A DNA stretch of 64,000 nt from Squalus acanthias (lineage: Eukaryota): assembly GCA_030390025.1 (NCBI GenBank), contig CM059425.1, positions 168,580,001 to 168,644,000 of the forward strand, given 5' to 3'. The number at the start of each line of letters is the position of its first letter. The first letter of the stretch is position 1. This document shows positions 11,203 through 25,020 of the stretch, piece after piece. The translations under genes were made by a program, and so were the position numbers. The notes below the pieces were generated by a model that saw only the letters and a list, made by a program, of their open reading frames with translations, was not told the DNA's origin and searched no databases.

Positions 11203-11784
11203 CTCGCTCCTTGAAGATGTGGCGACCTACAGGTATAAAATAATCTTGGTAATATCCTGCAGTATTTGTAGCCTAAATGTTAATGTATGGCTGAAAATAT
11301 TTGGTTGACTGTTCCAATTTCTAATGTTTTTGAACACTTGATTTGGCAGAAACACACACTATTATTGATTTAAAGTATCTGCTTTAATGCTGTAGATTTC
11401 TTCTGCTCTTGGACAGTATTTTTCTGATGCTGATATATTTTTAAGAGGTATGTGCGTACGTATGTGCCAGCACTGAATGGGTCTTATGATTTCTGAGAAT
11501 CAAACTGCCTTTAGAATTCCTCAAGGCCAATATCTGGACCAAACGGTTCAGCCTATAACAAAATGGGATATAAGCCACTGACCAAAGATGGAATGAAGGG
11601 AAGTTTGTAAATATGTACTACAGTTGGGAATGGGAATAAATATTATTGGGATAATTATAGACAGATGATCAAAAAGTCCATGGAACACATGCCTTCATCA
11701 TTTCGGTGTTGCTGAGGCCACAGAAATATTCTCTGTGGAAAGCAACTGGGCAGGCTTGAATAATGCAGGTGTAACTTTAAAAAA

Positions 11785-11960
11785 AATATTTGTTCTCGGG
11801 ATGTGGGCGATATTAACAGAGTTGTATTTATTGCTTATCCCTAGTTGCCATGCGAAAGTGGTGGTCGACCTTCTCTTTGAACCATTGTAGTCCTTGTGAT
11901 AATGGTGCGTCCACAATGAGGTTAGGTAGGGAATTCCATGATGAAGGGACGACGGTAGAG
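11785..11960 (-). mobile_element. 3' end fragment of a LINE (probably a second CR1 lineage)
   Basis: Minus strand reads as a decayed 'WNSLP...FK...HHHF' C-terminus followed by an aataaa-containing 3' UTR. Confidence 0.55.
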
Positions 11961-12041
11961 GTTTTTATGTAAATACAAGGAGTGTTAGAAACAAATTGTT
12001 AGAACTGCAATCCTATGTTGTGTTGGAGAAATTAGACATAT

Positions 12042-12693
12042 GGGGCTGGAAATTGCGGTCGGAGGCTTCCCGTGGGCGAATGCCTCCGAACCGCAAGTAA
12101 ACTCCGCACCTACCTGATGCCTCCGTACCTTTTGAAGACTCGCACTCCTGGGCCTGCAGGCATGTGCCTGCGTAAAGGCCCAAGTATTCCAGGGGCGCAT
12201 GCAGTTTGCAAGTGTCCCTGGGATCATGTGGGCCGGCCCAACCAAGCACAAGGGGGGATTCCCATTATACTTTTGGGGATTCCATTTACGTACGGAATCC
12301 CCATAAGCATTCATTAGGAATTCCCTAAAAAATAAATTTCACACCACTTAAATAAAAATAAATCATCACATGGTCAAAATTAATTAAAATACAATTTAAT
12401 TAAACATTTAAAACAAAAATTAAATTTTTTGAAAAATAAATTTAAACATTTTTCAAGGGTCCAAAAATAGCCTGAACTAATTTTAAAGGTTTTTGAATGG
12501 CTAGATCATTAAAAAAAAATTATTTTAATATTTATTTAAACCCTTACGCTGGTAAAAGAAGGCCGTATGCCTGCTTTTACCAGGCGTAAGAGTTTCGTGG
12601 GCATTCACTGGGCAGTAGTTGGGTAAATAGCCCGACCCTGTGCCAGCGAATGTCCATTTCCAGCAGATGGGTACGATCTGTCAAGCTAAAGCT
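12042..12693. mobile_element. MITE-like element (family of 19861-20590), right end lost at a CR1 junction
   Basis: Starts ggggctggaaatt and shares ordered blocks with the 19.9-kb copy (gtgtc.ctgggatca..tgggcc, AT-rich core, tttaccaggcg.aaga, gatctgtcaag). Confidence 0.7.
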
Positions 12694-14058
12694 ACAGGTG
12701 TGGTGCTGAAAGACTGCTAACGTCGTACCGTTGTTTAAAAAGGGAGAAAGGGATAGACCGAGTAATTACAAGCCAGGCAGCCTAACCTCGGTGGTGGGCA
12801 AATTGTTGGAAAATATTCTGAGGGACAGTATTAATTGTCATTTAGAAAGGCACGGATTAATCAAGGACAGTCAGCATGGATTTGTTAAGGGAAGGTTGTG
12901 TCTGATGAACGTGATTGAATTTTTTGAGGTAACAAGGAAGGTCGATGAGGGTAGTGGGTTTGATGTAGTCTACATAGATTTTAGCAAGGCTTTTGACAAG
13001 GTCCCACATGGCAGACTGGTCAGAAAGTAAAAGCCCATGGGATACAAGGGAAAGTGGCAAGTTGGATCCAACATTGGCTCAGAGGCAGGAAACAAAGGGT
13101 AATGGTCGAAGGATGTTTTTGTGACTGGAAAGCTGTTTCCAGTGGGGTTCCGCAGGTCCCTTGCTTTTAGTGGTATACATCAATGACTTAGACTTCAATG
13201 TAGGGGACATGATTAAGAAGTTTGCAGATGATACAAAAATTGACTGTGTGGTTGATAGTGAGGAAGAAAGCTGTAGACTGCAGGAAGATATCAATGGACT
13301 GGTCAGGTGGGCAGAGAAGTGGCAAATGGAATTCATTCCGAAGAAGTGTGAGGTAATGTGTTTGGGGAGGGCTAACAAGGCAAGGGAATACACAATAAAT
13401 GGTAGGATACTGAGTAGCGTAGAGGAACAGAGGGACCTTGGAGTACATGTCCACAGATCCCTGAAGGTAGCAGGACAGGTAGATAAGGTGGTTAAGAAGG
13501 CATACGGGATACTTTCCTTTATAAGCCGAGGCATAGAATATAAGAGCTGGGAGGTTATGCTTGAGCTGTATAAAACACTAGTTAGGCCACAGCTACAGTA
13601 CTGTGTACAGTTCTTGTCACCACATTACAGGAAAGATGTGATTGCACAGGAGAGGCTACAGAGGAGATTTACGAGGATGTCACCAGGACTGGAGAATTTT
13701 ATCTATGAGGAAAGATTAGATAGGCTGGGGATGTTTTCTTTCGAACAGAGGAGGCTGAGAGGAGACTTGATTGAGGTGTATAAAATTATGAGGGGCCTAG
13801 ATGGAGTAGATAGGAAGGACCTATTTCCCCTAGCAGAGAGGTCAATAATTTGTAGAAGGATTAGAGGGGAGTTGAGAATTTTTTTCACCCAGAGGGTGGT
13901 GGGGATCTAGAACTTTCTGCCTGAAAGGGTGGTAGAGGCAGAAATGCTCAACACATTTAAAAAGTACTGGATATGCACTTGAAGTGCCGTAACCTACAAG
14001 ACTACGGACCAAGAGCTGGATAGCCTCCTCCTGTGCCGTAAATGTCTATGATTCTATG
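12694..14058 (+). mobile_element. CR1 LINE, 5'-truncated RT plus tail
   Basis: ORFs 12731-13030 and 13161-13910 with [27 protein letters not shown] and RRLRGDLIEVYK; ends tctatgattctatg. Confidence 0.95.
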
Positions 14059-17000
14059 AAGCAGACTTCTCTGTCCTGGATTTACCTGAAGCATCTCGAG
14101 AGTTGCTCCAGTTGCACCACCTCGACTTGAGCATTGTAGATGGTGGAGATGCAGGAGGTGAGCCATTCATCAGAGTACCAAACCTGTGCACTGCCCATAT
14201 CGTTAATGTGTCTGGTCAAGTTGAGCTTTTGGTTAGTGGTGACCCCCTGAGCATTTTAAATTTTCTTGTTAAATCTCAAACCAAAGAATTTAGCAAATGT
14301 TAATTAGAAAGTCAATTTGAATGTACAGTTAAAAATGCCACAGTTCAAGAATGTAATATAGGGATAATTTTACAATTAGTGCCCTTGGTGTGGCCTCACC
14401 ATCAGGAGCACATCAGGAATTTGGGCAATCTGTCTGCACAATTTTTGCATCCATTAAAATGAAGACTGGAGAATCGTGGCCAATACATGCCCAAATTCCG
14501 AATATGTGCTCCTGGCAGGTAATTTTCCATGCCGGGAGCAGGAACTTCTAAAATTGAACCTTAGATTATGTTTATGGACCTTGTCAGCACTCATTCTGTG
14601 AAAAACACATGAAAAAACTCTGAACAGATCTGTCTTGTCAATCTTGTCAATGCTTTTATATTGCATTTAAAATGTCAGTCTTCCTGGTGGCCACACTTAG
14701 CGAATCTCTGAATTTGTTCCCAGCTGCATGAGACCTGTGCATCAGAAGCTGGTGACTCTAGCACCTCACCAAGTGCAAGAAAATGGAATAAACTCATGGA
14801 AATATTAATCATATTCCTAGATTAAACCTTTTAATAACTTCCTCTTTAGTGAAGAAATTGGGAAATGGTAAAACTAAAAATAGACTGAATTTACTGGTGT
14901 GCTTTGCCTGTAAGCAGATAAAACATAGCTGCTTGGTAAATTGAAGTTATCAATTAAAGCAGAATAATTTGGAGATGCAGCAAATACTGTAGATTTTAAA
15001 ATGTAGTGATTCATCGCGCATAGCAAATGATGTAAAAAATCATTTTTACTGCTCTTAAATACTTCTGTTTTTTAGATCACTCTTAAATGAGTTCTCAACT
15101 CCTCATGGGCTCAGCAATACTTAAACTGGCCTAATATCTAGAAAAGATGTTAGTAAGAAGATAACAAACAGAAAACCTGTGAATTGCTTTATCTACTGGA
15201 TCTTTTCTATGCCTTCACAGGACCTTTTCGTATGTCAATAAAAAGCAGTAGAGCATCACAATATCAAACCTCACTTCGGACTTTGCTGAAAACCAAATAT
15301 AATGAGCAAAAATGAACAAGCTAATACATTACAACAATACATGCTAGCTGCATTGAAAAATAATTGCAAGTCATACTCTGAGCAAATCATGCATTATGTA
15401 TTTGTTTGAATTGTGCCTTGGCTGCTGCTCCTAACCTTTCTGTTAGAAAACCAAACTGAACTGTCTTTGCAGTGTTTGTATTGAATTAGGCTGAGGGATG
15501 GATTTTTTTGTCAGTCAGTGCATCATGTTGTGGCACAGTTGTACATTTCTGGAAGCTTTAATCAAATTGGCTGTAATCAATAGCCATGTCAATAAGTTTA
15601 CTTTAAAACACACTTGCAGTGCACATCTCAAAGATTCAGTTAGCACCAACCAGCAAAAGTTGAAAAGTTGCACATCAGCTTTTATTGTGGGTCTGGTAGG
15701 AAAAAGTTATAACTCTCTCCAACTTTTTTGCTGTAAATTTTTGATTGTAATTTGTACTTTTATGCATGTTATTCTATATAAATGAAGGTGAATATGCTAA
15801 ATACTAGTTCAAGCTCTCGGGTTTTTCCTGAAATGAGAACTGTAAAATAAAAGAACAACTTGAGCATGTTTGAAGCTGGCCAGGATGCTGTAATGAAATG
15901 CTGATGCTGTCTGTTTTCCCTCTTCCCCATGATGGAAAATTCTACTGTTGTGAGAAGTCACCCATAGCAGCAGCCCAGTTCACAACTGAATAATCTGATC
16001 CCAGCTGTGGCTTGTAGTTTGAGTGACTGACGATCCTGAAACACTCTAGTCCACAGCAGATGCAGAGGCAGCCACTTTTTTCCTGATTTTATACATAGCT
16101 ACTCTATTAAAAGTTTTTAACTGCTTAAATACTCATTTGTGAACAAATCAAGAAACAACATTCTTGTTCATTTTCTTGCTTGGCCTTTCAAAGCTTGTTT
16201 AGTGCAGTCCAGGAGAATATTGGTTGTGACCTGACTTCTTTCTACAGCAGAGCCTTCTTAATAACAATAATCACAGCAAAAGGAGATCATTGTGTGAAGC
16301 AATTTTTCATGTAATAAGGTTATATATAAATGTAAGTATTGGGAATATCTCAATGATATCACGATGCAAATGCGCATATTCAGTGAAGAATACTTGCTTA
16401 AGCAAATTTTCCATTGAAATAGTGAAAGGTGCTGATTATATATTGTAAATGTATCACATGTGCCAGTAGCTCATTTTGGCTTTTCTCCCTCTCTTTTAAC
16501 TTTTCTTCCAACATGTACAATTCTTTACCCAAGAGGCTTGCCTCTCTGCTCCCAATGCTGTTCTTGAGCTGACTGCTAGGACCTTCATTAAACAAGCTGA
16601 TTTTCCCTTCCCCCATCCTCCTGTGAAGTGCCCCACTTCTGCTCTGTTCTTTTCTGTAGCATGGTGAGGGTCTGAGCTTGCCTTGTGAGGAATCAGAAGC
16701 ATAAGCTATGTATTGTCACTCTAGTGCATTGACGCAATGCCAGTGACACCAGAACACTTTAAATTAGGTGAACCTTTCATTCTGGAACAAATGTGAGGTG
16801 GGGTGGGACAATGTAAGAGAATATAACAGACATTGCATTGGATTGGAAAGAACAAAAGATTCTTCCACCCCAGGACATAAACGTGTGATTTTGTTTTGCT
16901 CTGTGCTTTTATGCAGATTCACAGGATGTGTTTAATGTGCCTCCTTGAGCACATTGCAAGCATCGGAATGAATGATTTCTTGAGGCACGTTTATCAGCAA

Positions 17001-17740
17001 AAATCAAAGTGTTAATATAGTTACTGTGAATGAGATACTGGGTGAATACAAAGTCTGCTCTTGAATGTGGTAATAGTAAGTCCAAGTAATGCTATTTTAA
17101 AACTTACTGATTGAAACAAATCAAATAGTGCATTTCAAGCAGTAAGAAAGTGTAGAGCACAAGAAAATCATTTCATGTGACCAAGTACGATATCAATAAA
17201 TGGGCAAAAAAAAGATATTTAGTGTTTTCACTTGAAAACTAGAATAGATTTACTTTTATTTATTTCCCCCCAATATTCTCCCTTCCTCTCCTGATTAGTG
17301 ATTTATGCCTGTGTAGAGTTCCATGAATATTGGCAGCCCTCTGATATATCATCTAAAAGGGCCATTTTTCATGCAGAAAAACAATGAGGGCTGACAAACT
17401 ATTTGACTGTGGGTTGCATCATAGTCAAGGACAAGAGTTTCTTCCCCAGTAGACTTTCCAGCAGAATTCCATAAAGAATGGTCAAGAGCAGGAAACCTGC
17501 TTGACACCCCCTCCCTCCCATCTGGAGAATGGTGAGTAGTGCCCCACTGCTAATCCTGGATATGTTGACTAGCACATGCAAGGATTGAGTGTGAGGCCTT
17601 CTGGGTTTGCGTGGGTTGTGAAGGTCCTTTTTATAGCTAGTTATAGGGCCACTAATTTGAGCTTTTCTACACTCTGAAATGTGTACATGATATGCATGCA
17701 TATCATAAATTTTTTCCCCAATTTCAGAGAAGAGCTGAAT

Positions 17741-17915
17741 AGGGATAATTTCCCAACTTCACGTTCCCTGCGGTAGGCATCACCTGTTGGGAGCATGTAT
17801 TGCGCATGATTTCTTGACTATTTAATAGTTGGAAAGTTGTGCACAGCATGCGCGAGAGTTTCCGATGTATGTCCGAAGCACCCTCCCGGCACTCTGAAAT
17901 CTCAAAATTACCCCT
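17741..17915. mobile_element. Short MITE-like element
   Basis: Termini agggataattt / aaattacccct (10 of 11 inverted match) and an imperfect central palindrome; no clean TSD. Confidence 0.5.
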
Positions 17916-19860
17916 CGTCATTTCCTGTGGTGTCCTCTATGCCTAGGGTCTCAATCACTGAAAGGCCATCTATGAACCACTTGTATTATTCATGCCCCTT
18001 CCAACTCCGCTTTTTTCTGTGTCCGTCCCTGGGGTGGGGGAAATCCCAAGTCAACTGCTTAGTCATTTAAAATTATTTTTACTTTTAGTAATATTAAATC
18101 CTTTCCTATCCCAAAATTGCTGAGATTTTAATATCAATTCAAACATTTTTGGTAGATTTTATGTGGGGAAGCAAATAATTAAATGTACTTACAGTACCAA
18201 GGTTTATCTCTGGGAATAAGTTTACAGTACTGTCCATCAAATCCAAAAGGGTTTTGATATAAGGAAAGCTTTAAAGGAGAAATGGGTTAGTTAACAGTAA
18301 ATTAACTGATAGGATAATTATATTACTTCTGTAACAAAATGCTCGGAAAACTGCTCAATGTACTCAACTAAGCCTACAAGGTTCAAAACTGATTCTGTTA
18401 CACAACTGTGATTTCTTATTCATTTCGGTGTTTATCATAGCAATCATAAGCTAGTTAACTGTAACATGTACTGTAGGTACACTTAGCATTTTCCCTGAGG
18501 TGTTTGCGCCATTTTGTGCAAATAACAGAAAAGAAGACTGCCTAAATGAACCTTTTATCTTTGTTGGTGTTCGATTTGAACATTGCAAACATTGTTTGCA
18601 AAATTTTACTAGCTCTTAAATACTTGAGGACAAAGGATTTGTATGATTTTAATATAAGAACTGTAGTGTAGATTAATGTTTTGGCAAACTGCAAACATAC
18701 TATTCAGATCCCTAGCTTGAGATAACTGGTGCAGTATGATGAGTTGCATTGAGCATTGAGGCCCATTCAGAGCTTGCCTTTCACTTTTATTCCATTCAGT
18801 TTATAATCCAGTGTATGATATTGTGTCCTTTTATATTTCTCCACAATAATCTGAGAAACTATGTAAAAAAAAAAATTAACCTTTAATCCCTTATTTGAAA
18901 TGAGTACTGGATGGATAACATATAGAAATGTACCATTTTGTTTGAGCAGCTGTACAAAATGTAGTGTGTTTACTGTTGTAATGTCAGGGTCTTTCTCATG
19001 AAATGCAGTGTTCAGAATTCATTGAGGAATATTCTACTGCATGAAATATTTATAATAGGGTAGAAACTGATGGTACATTAAATACAATCACAGTTGATTT
19101 ATTTCTGCCTTTCAAGGCAGCACATTACTGATCAAAGTAGTGGCAGAAATTTTCAGTAATACAATAGGATACATAAAATGTTGCTTTTGTTGCAAAATAT
19201 TTTTTCTCAAATTATTCAACAATATGAAAATCTATTCTGTTTTTGATCCCCAGATATAAATGATGGCAATGCAGCAAATGCTTATCAGACCATTGGGCTA
19301 ATGAAGCCAATTATGTGTAAACTAATGTGGTAACTGGCCCTGGCTTCAGACAAATGCAATAAATGGCAGTTCCTATAATTTTTTGTAGACAGATGTTCTT
19401 GTGAAGTAGTTTACAGTTGTATTTAAATGGTCATTTGTGTAGACTTAACTTTTTACATTTAAAAAAAAATAAGTACTTAGTCATTGAGAAATGAGAACAT
19501 TTATTTGAGTATCTGCGAAAAATGTTTTGGAAGTCTGTATTTAATAATTCCTGTTGAATATAATGGATTTTTGACATTCAAGTTTAAATGATGAAAGTAA
19601 CCATGTTTTAGGCTTGGGTAATATTTAAAGATCTAATCCTACCACTGATACTTTATGTAAAACATTAGTAGATGTCTATGTACTAAATTACATTGCTTCA
19701 TTGTACCTTTAAAGTTGGATTTTTTATGTTGTCAAATCTAATTTAGTTAGCAAAGCTACATTGTGCAGTTTTCATACAGACATCAAAATATCATTAAATA
19801 TCTGAATAAGTGTAGTGCAGTAACCTCAATACTAGCAACTGCAGTTGACAGTGTTACATT

Positions 19861-20590
19861 GGCCCAGATATTCCGATTGCAGGCCTCCTGCGGGCGGAGG
19901 ACTGCGATCTGGAAAAATCTGCGCCCTTACCTGAGGGCTCCCGGGAGGCGCCCAGTTCCGATGCTGGGCCTCTCCAAACTGCTGGTGCGCAGGGCCCACG
20001 TATCCCAGAGGTGCAGGTAGTTCGCAGTGTCTCTGGGATCACATGGGCCATGGGGAGCCAATCAAAGAAGGGAATCTCCCTTCATACATTTGACAGGAAG
20101 ACCTGTCAAATATATGAATGGAGATCACCCCCAAAACATAGTAAAACTTTAATAAAATTTTAAATCACATTTTTAAAATGACTTGAAAGTACAAATAAAT
20201 TAACTATTTTAAACAAAACTTTAAATTTTTGAAAAAAATAATTAATGTTTTTTACAGGGCTAAAAATAAACTTACCTTTTTTTAAAGTATTTTTAAATGA
20301 TAAATCAGTGTAAAAAAAATTTTTAAACTTTTTTTTCAACTCTTTACCAGGCGCAAGAATTGTAAGGGTTTTCTGCGGGCAGAGGGTCTCCAAAAAGCGG
20401 AACTCTCCGCCCGCAGAGGCCCTTCTCCCGGGCAGCCGGAGGATCTGTCAAGAGCTTTCTTGACAGATCAGAAATGCCGGTTTCCAGCGCATGTGCAGTG
20501 CATGCCTGAAACCGGCATTTCCGATGTCCCTACGGTTGGGTACACAGCGCGTACCGCCCCCCCCCCCGTAGGGATCGGAATATCCGGCCC
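19861..20590. mobile_element. Complete MITE (possibly Harbinger-related), 730 bp
   Basis: TIRs ggcccagatattccgat / atcggaatatccggccc (15 of 17), GC-rich arms, AT-rich core and two internal hairpins; no clean TSD. Confidence 0.8.
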
Positions 20591-21339
20591 AAGTTTGGAT
20601 GATACAGTGGCTTTTTAAAGTAGCTATATCTGTAGTACTTCAATACTTGCAGTTTTGAAATGAAATGAAATAGGGATGGTACATTCCTGCTGTCTCTTAA
20701 TCAATAGGTGCATGCTAAACAGAATTTCAGTCCATATAGGGGAACAGATGGTAGTGATTCAGGGACTGCAGATGCCAAACTGTTAGGGTAAACCTCAAGC
20801 AATTTTGGAACATCAACAGAGACCTCAAGATTGAATCAGAAGCAAAATACTGCAGATGCTGGAAATCTGAAATAAAAACTGAAAATGCTAGAAATACTCA
20901 GTAGGTCAGGCAGCATCTGTGGAGAGAGAAAGAGTTAACATTTCAGTTTGATGAAGAGCTGGAGTACAAAGGCAGGGAATGCAGGGAGGGGAACAAAGAA
21001 CAAAAAGGAAGGCCTGTGATAGGGTGGAAGGCAGGAGTGATTAAAAACTTTGATGGTGCAAGGCAAAAGGGAGTGGTAATGGGGCAAGAAAAGAAACAAA
21101 AGATGGATCTAGAGGAACTGTAAATGACAACAGTAGAATCATTACCAACAGCTGCTGTCCAAAAAAATCGGAGCAGTGGTTATGACCTAAAATAGTTGAA
21201 CTCGGTGTTGAGTCCGGAAGGCTGTAAAGCGCCTAATTGAAAGATGAGGTGCTGTTCCTTGAGCTTCCACTTCATTAGAACAGTGTAGGAGCCCAAGGAC
21301 AGAGAGGTGGGAGTGGGGTGGAAAATTAAAATGACAAGC

Positions 21340-24016
21340 ATAAGAACATAAAGAGGAGCAGGAATGTGCCATTCGGCCCTTCAAGCCTGCTCCGCCATTC
21401 AATAAGATCATAGCCGATCTTCTACCTCAACTCCATCTTCCTGCACTATCCCCATATCCCTTGATCTCTGTCTTAAATAAACTTAACGACTGACCATACA
21501 CAGGGTAGAGAATTCCAATGATTCACAACCCTTTGAGTGAAGACATTTCTCCTCATCTCAGTCCTAAATGGCTGACCCTTATTCTGAGACTGTGACCCTG
21601 AGTTCTAGACTCTCCAGCCAGGGGAAACATCCTTCTAGCATCCTGTCAAGCCCTGAATGAATTTTATATGTTTCAATGAGATCACACCTCATTCTTCTAA
21701 ATTCTAGGGAATATAGGCCCAGTCGCTTCAATCCCTCCTCATAGGACAATTCCGCCATCCCAGGAATCAGTCTGGTGAACCTTCGTTGCACTCCCTCTAA
21801 GTCAAGTACATGCTTCATAGAAGCATAGAAGATAGGAGCAGGAGTAGGCCATTCGGCCCCTCGAGCCTGCTCCGCCATTTAATGAGATCATGGCTGATCA
21901 TCCAAATTCAGTACCCTGTCTCTGCTTTCTCCCCATATCCCTTGATCCCTTTAGCCTTAAGAAATATATCTATCTCCTTCTTGAATATATTTAATGAATT
22001 GGCCTCAACTGCCTTCTGTGGTAGAGAATTCCACAGGTTCACCACTCTCTGGGTGAAGAAATTCTTCCTCATCTCAGTCCTAAATGGCTTACCCCTTATC
22101 TTTAGACTGTGACCTCTGGTTCTGGACTCCCCCGCCATCGGGAACATCCTTCCTGCATCTAGTCTGTCTAGTCCTGTTAGAATTTTATAAGTTTCAATGA
22201 GATCCCCTCTCATTCTTCTAAACTCTAGCGAATATAAGCCTAATCGACCCAATCTCTCTCCATACGTCATTCCTGCCATCCCAGGTATCAGTCTGGTGAA
22301 TCTTCGCTGCACTCCCTCCATGGCAAGAACATCCTTCCTCAGATAAGGCGACCAAAACTGCACACAATACTCAAGGTGTGGTCTCACCAAGGCCCTGTAC
22401 AACTGCAGCAAGACATCCTTGCTCCTGTACTTGAATCCTCTCGCTATGAAGGCCAACATACCATTTGCCTTCTTAACCGCCTGTTGCACCTGCATGCTTA
22501 CCTTCAGCGACTGGTACACAAGGACTCCCAGATCTCATTGCACTTCCCCTTTTCCCAATCTATTGCCGTTCAGATAAGAATCTGTCTTCCTGTTTTTGCC
22601 ACCAAAGTGGATAACCTCGCATTTATCCACATTATACTGCATCTGCCCAATCACCCAACCTGTCCAAATCATACTGGAGTTTCTCTGCATCCTCCTCACA
22701 GCACACACGCCCACCCAGCTTTGTGTCATCTGCAAACTTGGAGATATTACATCTAGTTCCCTCGTCTAGATCATTAATACATATTGTGAATAGCTGGGGT
22801 CCTAGCACCGATCCCTGTGATACCCCACTAGTCACTGCCTGCCACTCGGAAAAAGACCCGTTTATTCCAACTCTTTGCTTCCTGTCTGCCAACCAGTTCT
22901 CTATCCAAATCAGTACCTCACCCCCAATCCCATGTGCTTTAACTTTGCACGCTAATCTCTTATGCGGGACCTTATCAAAAGCCTTTTAGAAGTCCAAATA
23001 CACCACATCCACTGGTTCTCCCTTATCTATTCTACCAGTTACATCCTCAAAAAATTCCAGTAGATTAGTCAGGCATGATTTACCTTTTGTAAATCCATGT
23101 TGACTTTGTCCGATCCTGTCACTGTTTTCCAAGTGCTCTGCTATTACATCTTTTATAATGGACTCTAGCATTTTGCCCACCTTGCTTACCAGTCTATAAT
23201 TCCCTGTTTTTTCTCTACCACCTTTTTTAAATAGTGGGGTTACATTAGCTACCCTCCAATCCATGGGAACTGTTCCAGAGTCTACAGAATTTTGAAAGAT
23301 GACCAGGTAAGGAGACCAAAACTGTACACAGTACGCCAGGTGTGGTCTCACCAAGGCCCTATATAATTGCAGGAAGAGTTCTTTACTCTTGTACTCCAAT
23401 CCTTTTGTAATAAAATACATACTATTTGCTTTCCTAATTGCTTGCTGTACCTGCAAGTTAACTTTCAGACATTTAGTGTACAGTGACACCCAGGTCCCTC
23501 TGAATACCAACATTTCCCAATCTCTCTCCATTTAATAAATATTCTGCTTTTCTATTTTTCCTACCAAAGTGGATAACTTCACATTTCCCACATTATGTTC
23601 CATCTGCCATCTTCTTGCCCACTCACTTAACCTGTCTATATCCCTTTGCAGGCTCTTTGTGTCCTCCTCGCAACTTACTTTTCCACCTAGCTTTGTATCG
23701 TCAGCAAACTTGGCTACATTACACTCAGTCTCCTCATCTAAGTCATTGATATAGATTGTTAAATAGCTGAGGCCCAAGCACTGATCCTTGCAGTACCCCA
23801 CTAGTTACAGCCTGCCAACGTGAAAATGACCTGTTTTTTCCTACTCTCTGTTTTCTGTCCGTTAACCAATCCTCAATCCATGCTAATATATGCCCTCAAT
23901 CTCATGAACCCTAATTTTGTGTAATAACCACTTGTGTGGCACCTTATCGAATATTACTGAAAATCCAAATACACGACATCCACTGGTTCCCCCTTCTCTA
24001 CTCTGCTAATTACCTC
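21340..24016 (-). mobile_element. CR1 LINE inserted in the Penelope element, itself interrupted
   Basis: Tail ataagaacataaaga at 21340; RT motifs in ORFs 21579-21878, 22986-23531 (first part) and 23532-23801. Confidence 0.9.
21817..23303 (-). mobile_element. Younger CR1 nested in the previous CR1
   Basis: Second tail atagaagcatagaaga at ~21817 and ORFs 21908-22519 and 22632-22892; the host resumes at aggtaaggagacc (~23305). Confidence 0.9.
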
Positions 24017-24454
24017 AAGTGACCGGAATCACCAAATCTATGTTTGGTCTCCCCAATGTAGAGGAGACTACATCGTATGCAGTGGATACAGTATACTAAA
24101 TTGAAAGAAGTAAAAGTAAATCGCTGTTGTGCCTGGAAGGAGTGTTTAGGTCCCTGGATGGTGGGAAGGGAGGAGGTTAAAGGGCATCACCTGTGCTTGT
24201 ACAGGAAGGTGCTGTGGGAAGGGGTTGGGGTGATTGAAGAGTGGACCAGGGAGGAAGCAGAGGGTCCTCAGGCCATCCCGGTGGGGGATGGAGGTGTGAA
24301 GGGACTGGACGTCCATGGTGAAAAGGAGACGGTTAGGGACTGGAAATTGTGAAGGAAGAATGGCGAAAACAAATGATAATACAAAGTAATATGGAAAAGG
24401 AAGGTTTGAAGCAAGGAAACATGAGAATTGACTCACGCTCCCCTTGCCTCACCA

Positions 24455-24535
24455 CCCCTTTGCCCCCTTCAGCGCATGCGCTTCGCGTGCCTAAACCCGG
24501 CACGTACACACCCATAGGGGTACAAAATCCGGCCC
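24455..24535. mobile_element. Right-end remnant of a MITE related to 19861-20590
   Basis: gcgcatgcgc..gcctaaacccggca..gtacac..aaatccggccc parallels 20487-20590. Confidence 0.5.
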
Positions 24536-25020
24536 ATTGTGTTTCTAGATGCAGTCAGAGTGAGCATTCTGTAAACTATTGGAATTTAATATGATTCGAC
24601 TGCCAGTTATCAACAGAATAACTTACTTTTAGTCAGGATCTCTTCCCTTCTGAATGAGATCTCTGTTAATACTACCTCGATAAATGCGACTCAAAATATA
24701 ATTATTTACAACAATTTTTGCATTAATATGGAACAGGAGCAAATTAAATGCTATTAGTCATTAAGTTTGTATTCGGGCTTCTTCACAATTTAAAAACTTA
24801 GAACAGTGACGTTGAGGGCACTGTTATGATTACAGGGGAAATGTTGAAGATAATAGCAACCTTAATCTTTTGAAACATAAGTTGATGTAGACTAGAGAAT
24901 TCTTTTATATGCAAATGCTATTTTTAATTGATGTAGCATCCTTGAAACATTGGTTGAGCAGCTTATGGTACTGTAACAAGCTACAGGAATTCCTCCCTCC
25001 CAAGTTAAATCCTGCAGTGT

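Larger units (their letters stand above)
20838..24352 (-). mobile_element. Second Penelope-like element (different family), internally deleted and split by nested CR1s
   Basis: Minus strand: RT motif LLFTMDVQSLHTSIPH (~24270-24330); GIY-YIG NLVYCIHCIRCSLLYIGET (~24045-24105); C-terminus LSVLGLLHC...EQHLIFQLGALQPSGLN (~21190-21335); pLTR-like 20838-20960. Confidence 0.85.

Noticed and set aside
12731..13910. RT ORFs as a retron, DGR or group II intron system
   Set aside because: Motifs and 3' tails are those of vertebrate CR1 LINEs; the same holds for the other RT fragments (CR1, L2, RTE, Penelope).
20925..20965. Hammerhead in the second Penelope pLTR
   Set aside because: Only a GAAA-side remnant (tgaaatgttaac on the minus strand) survives; the CUGANGA core and stem II are missing.
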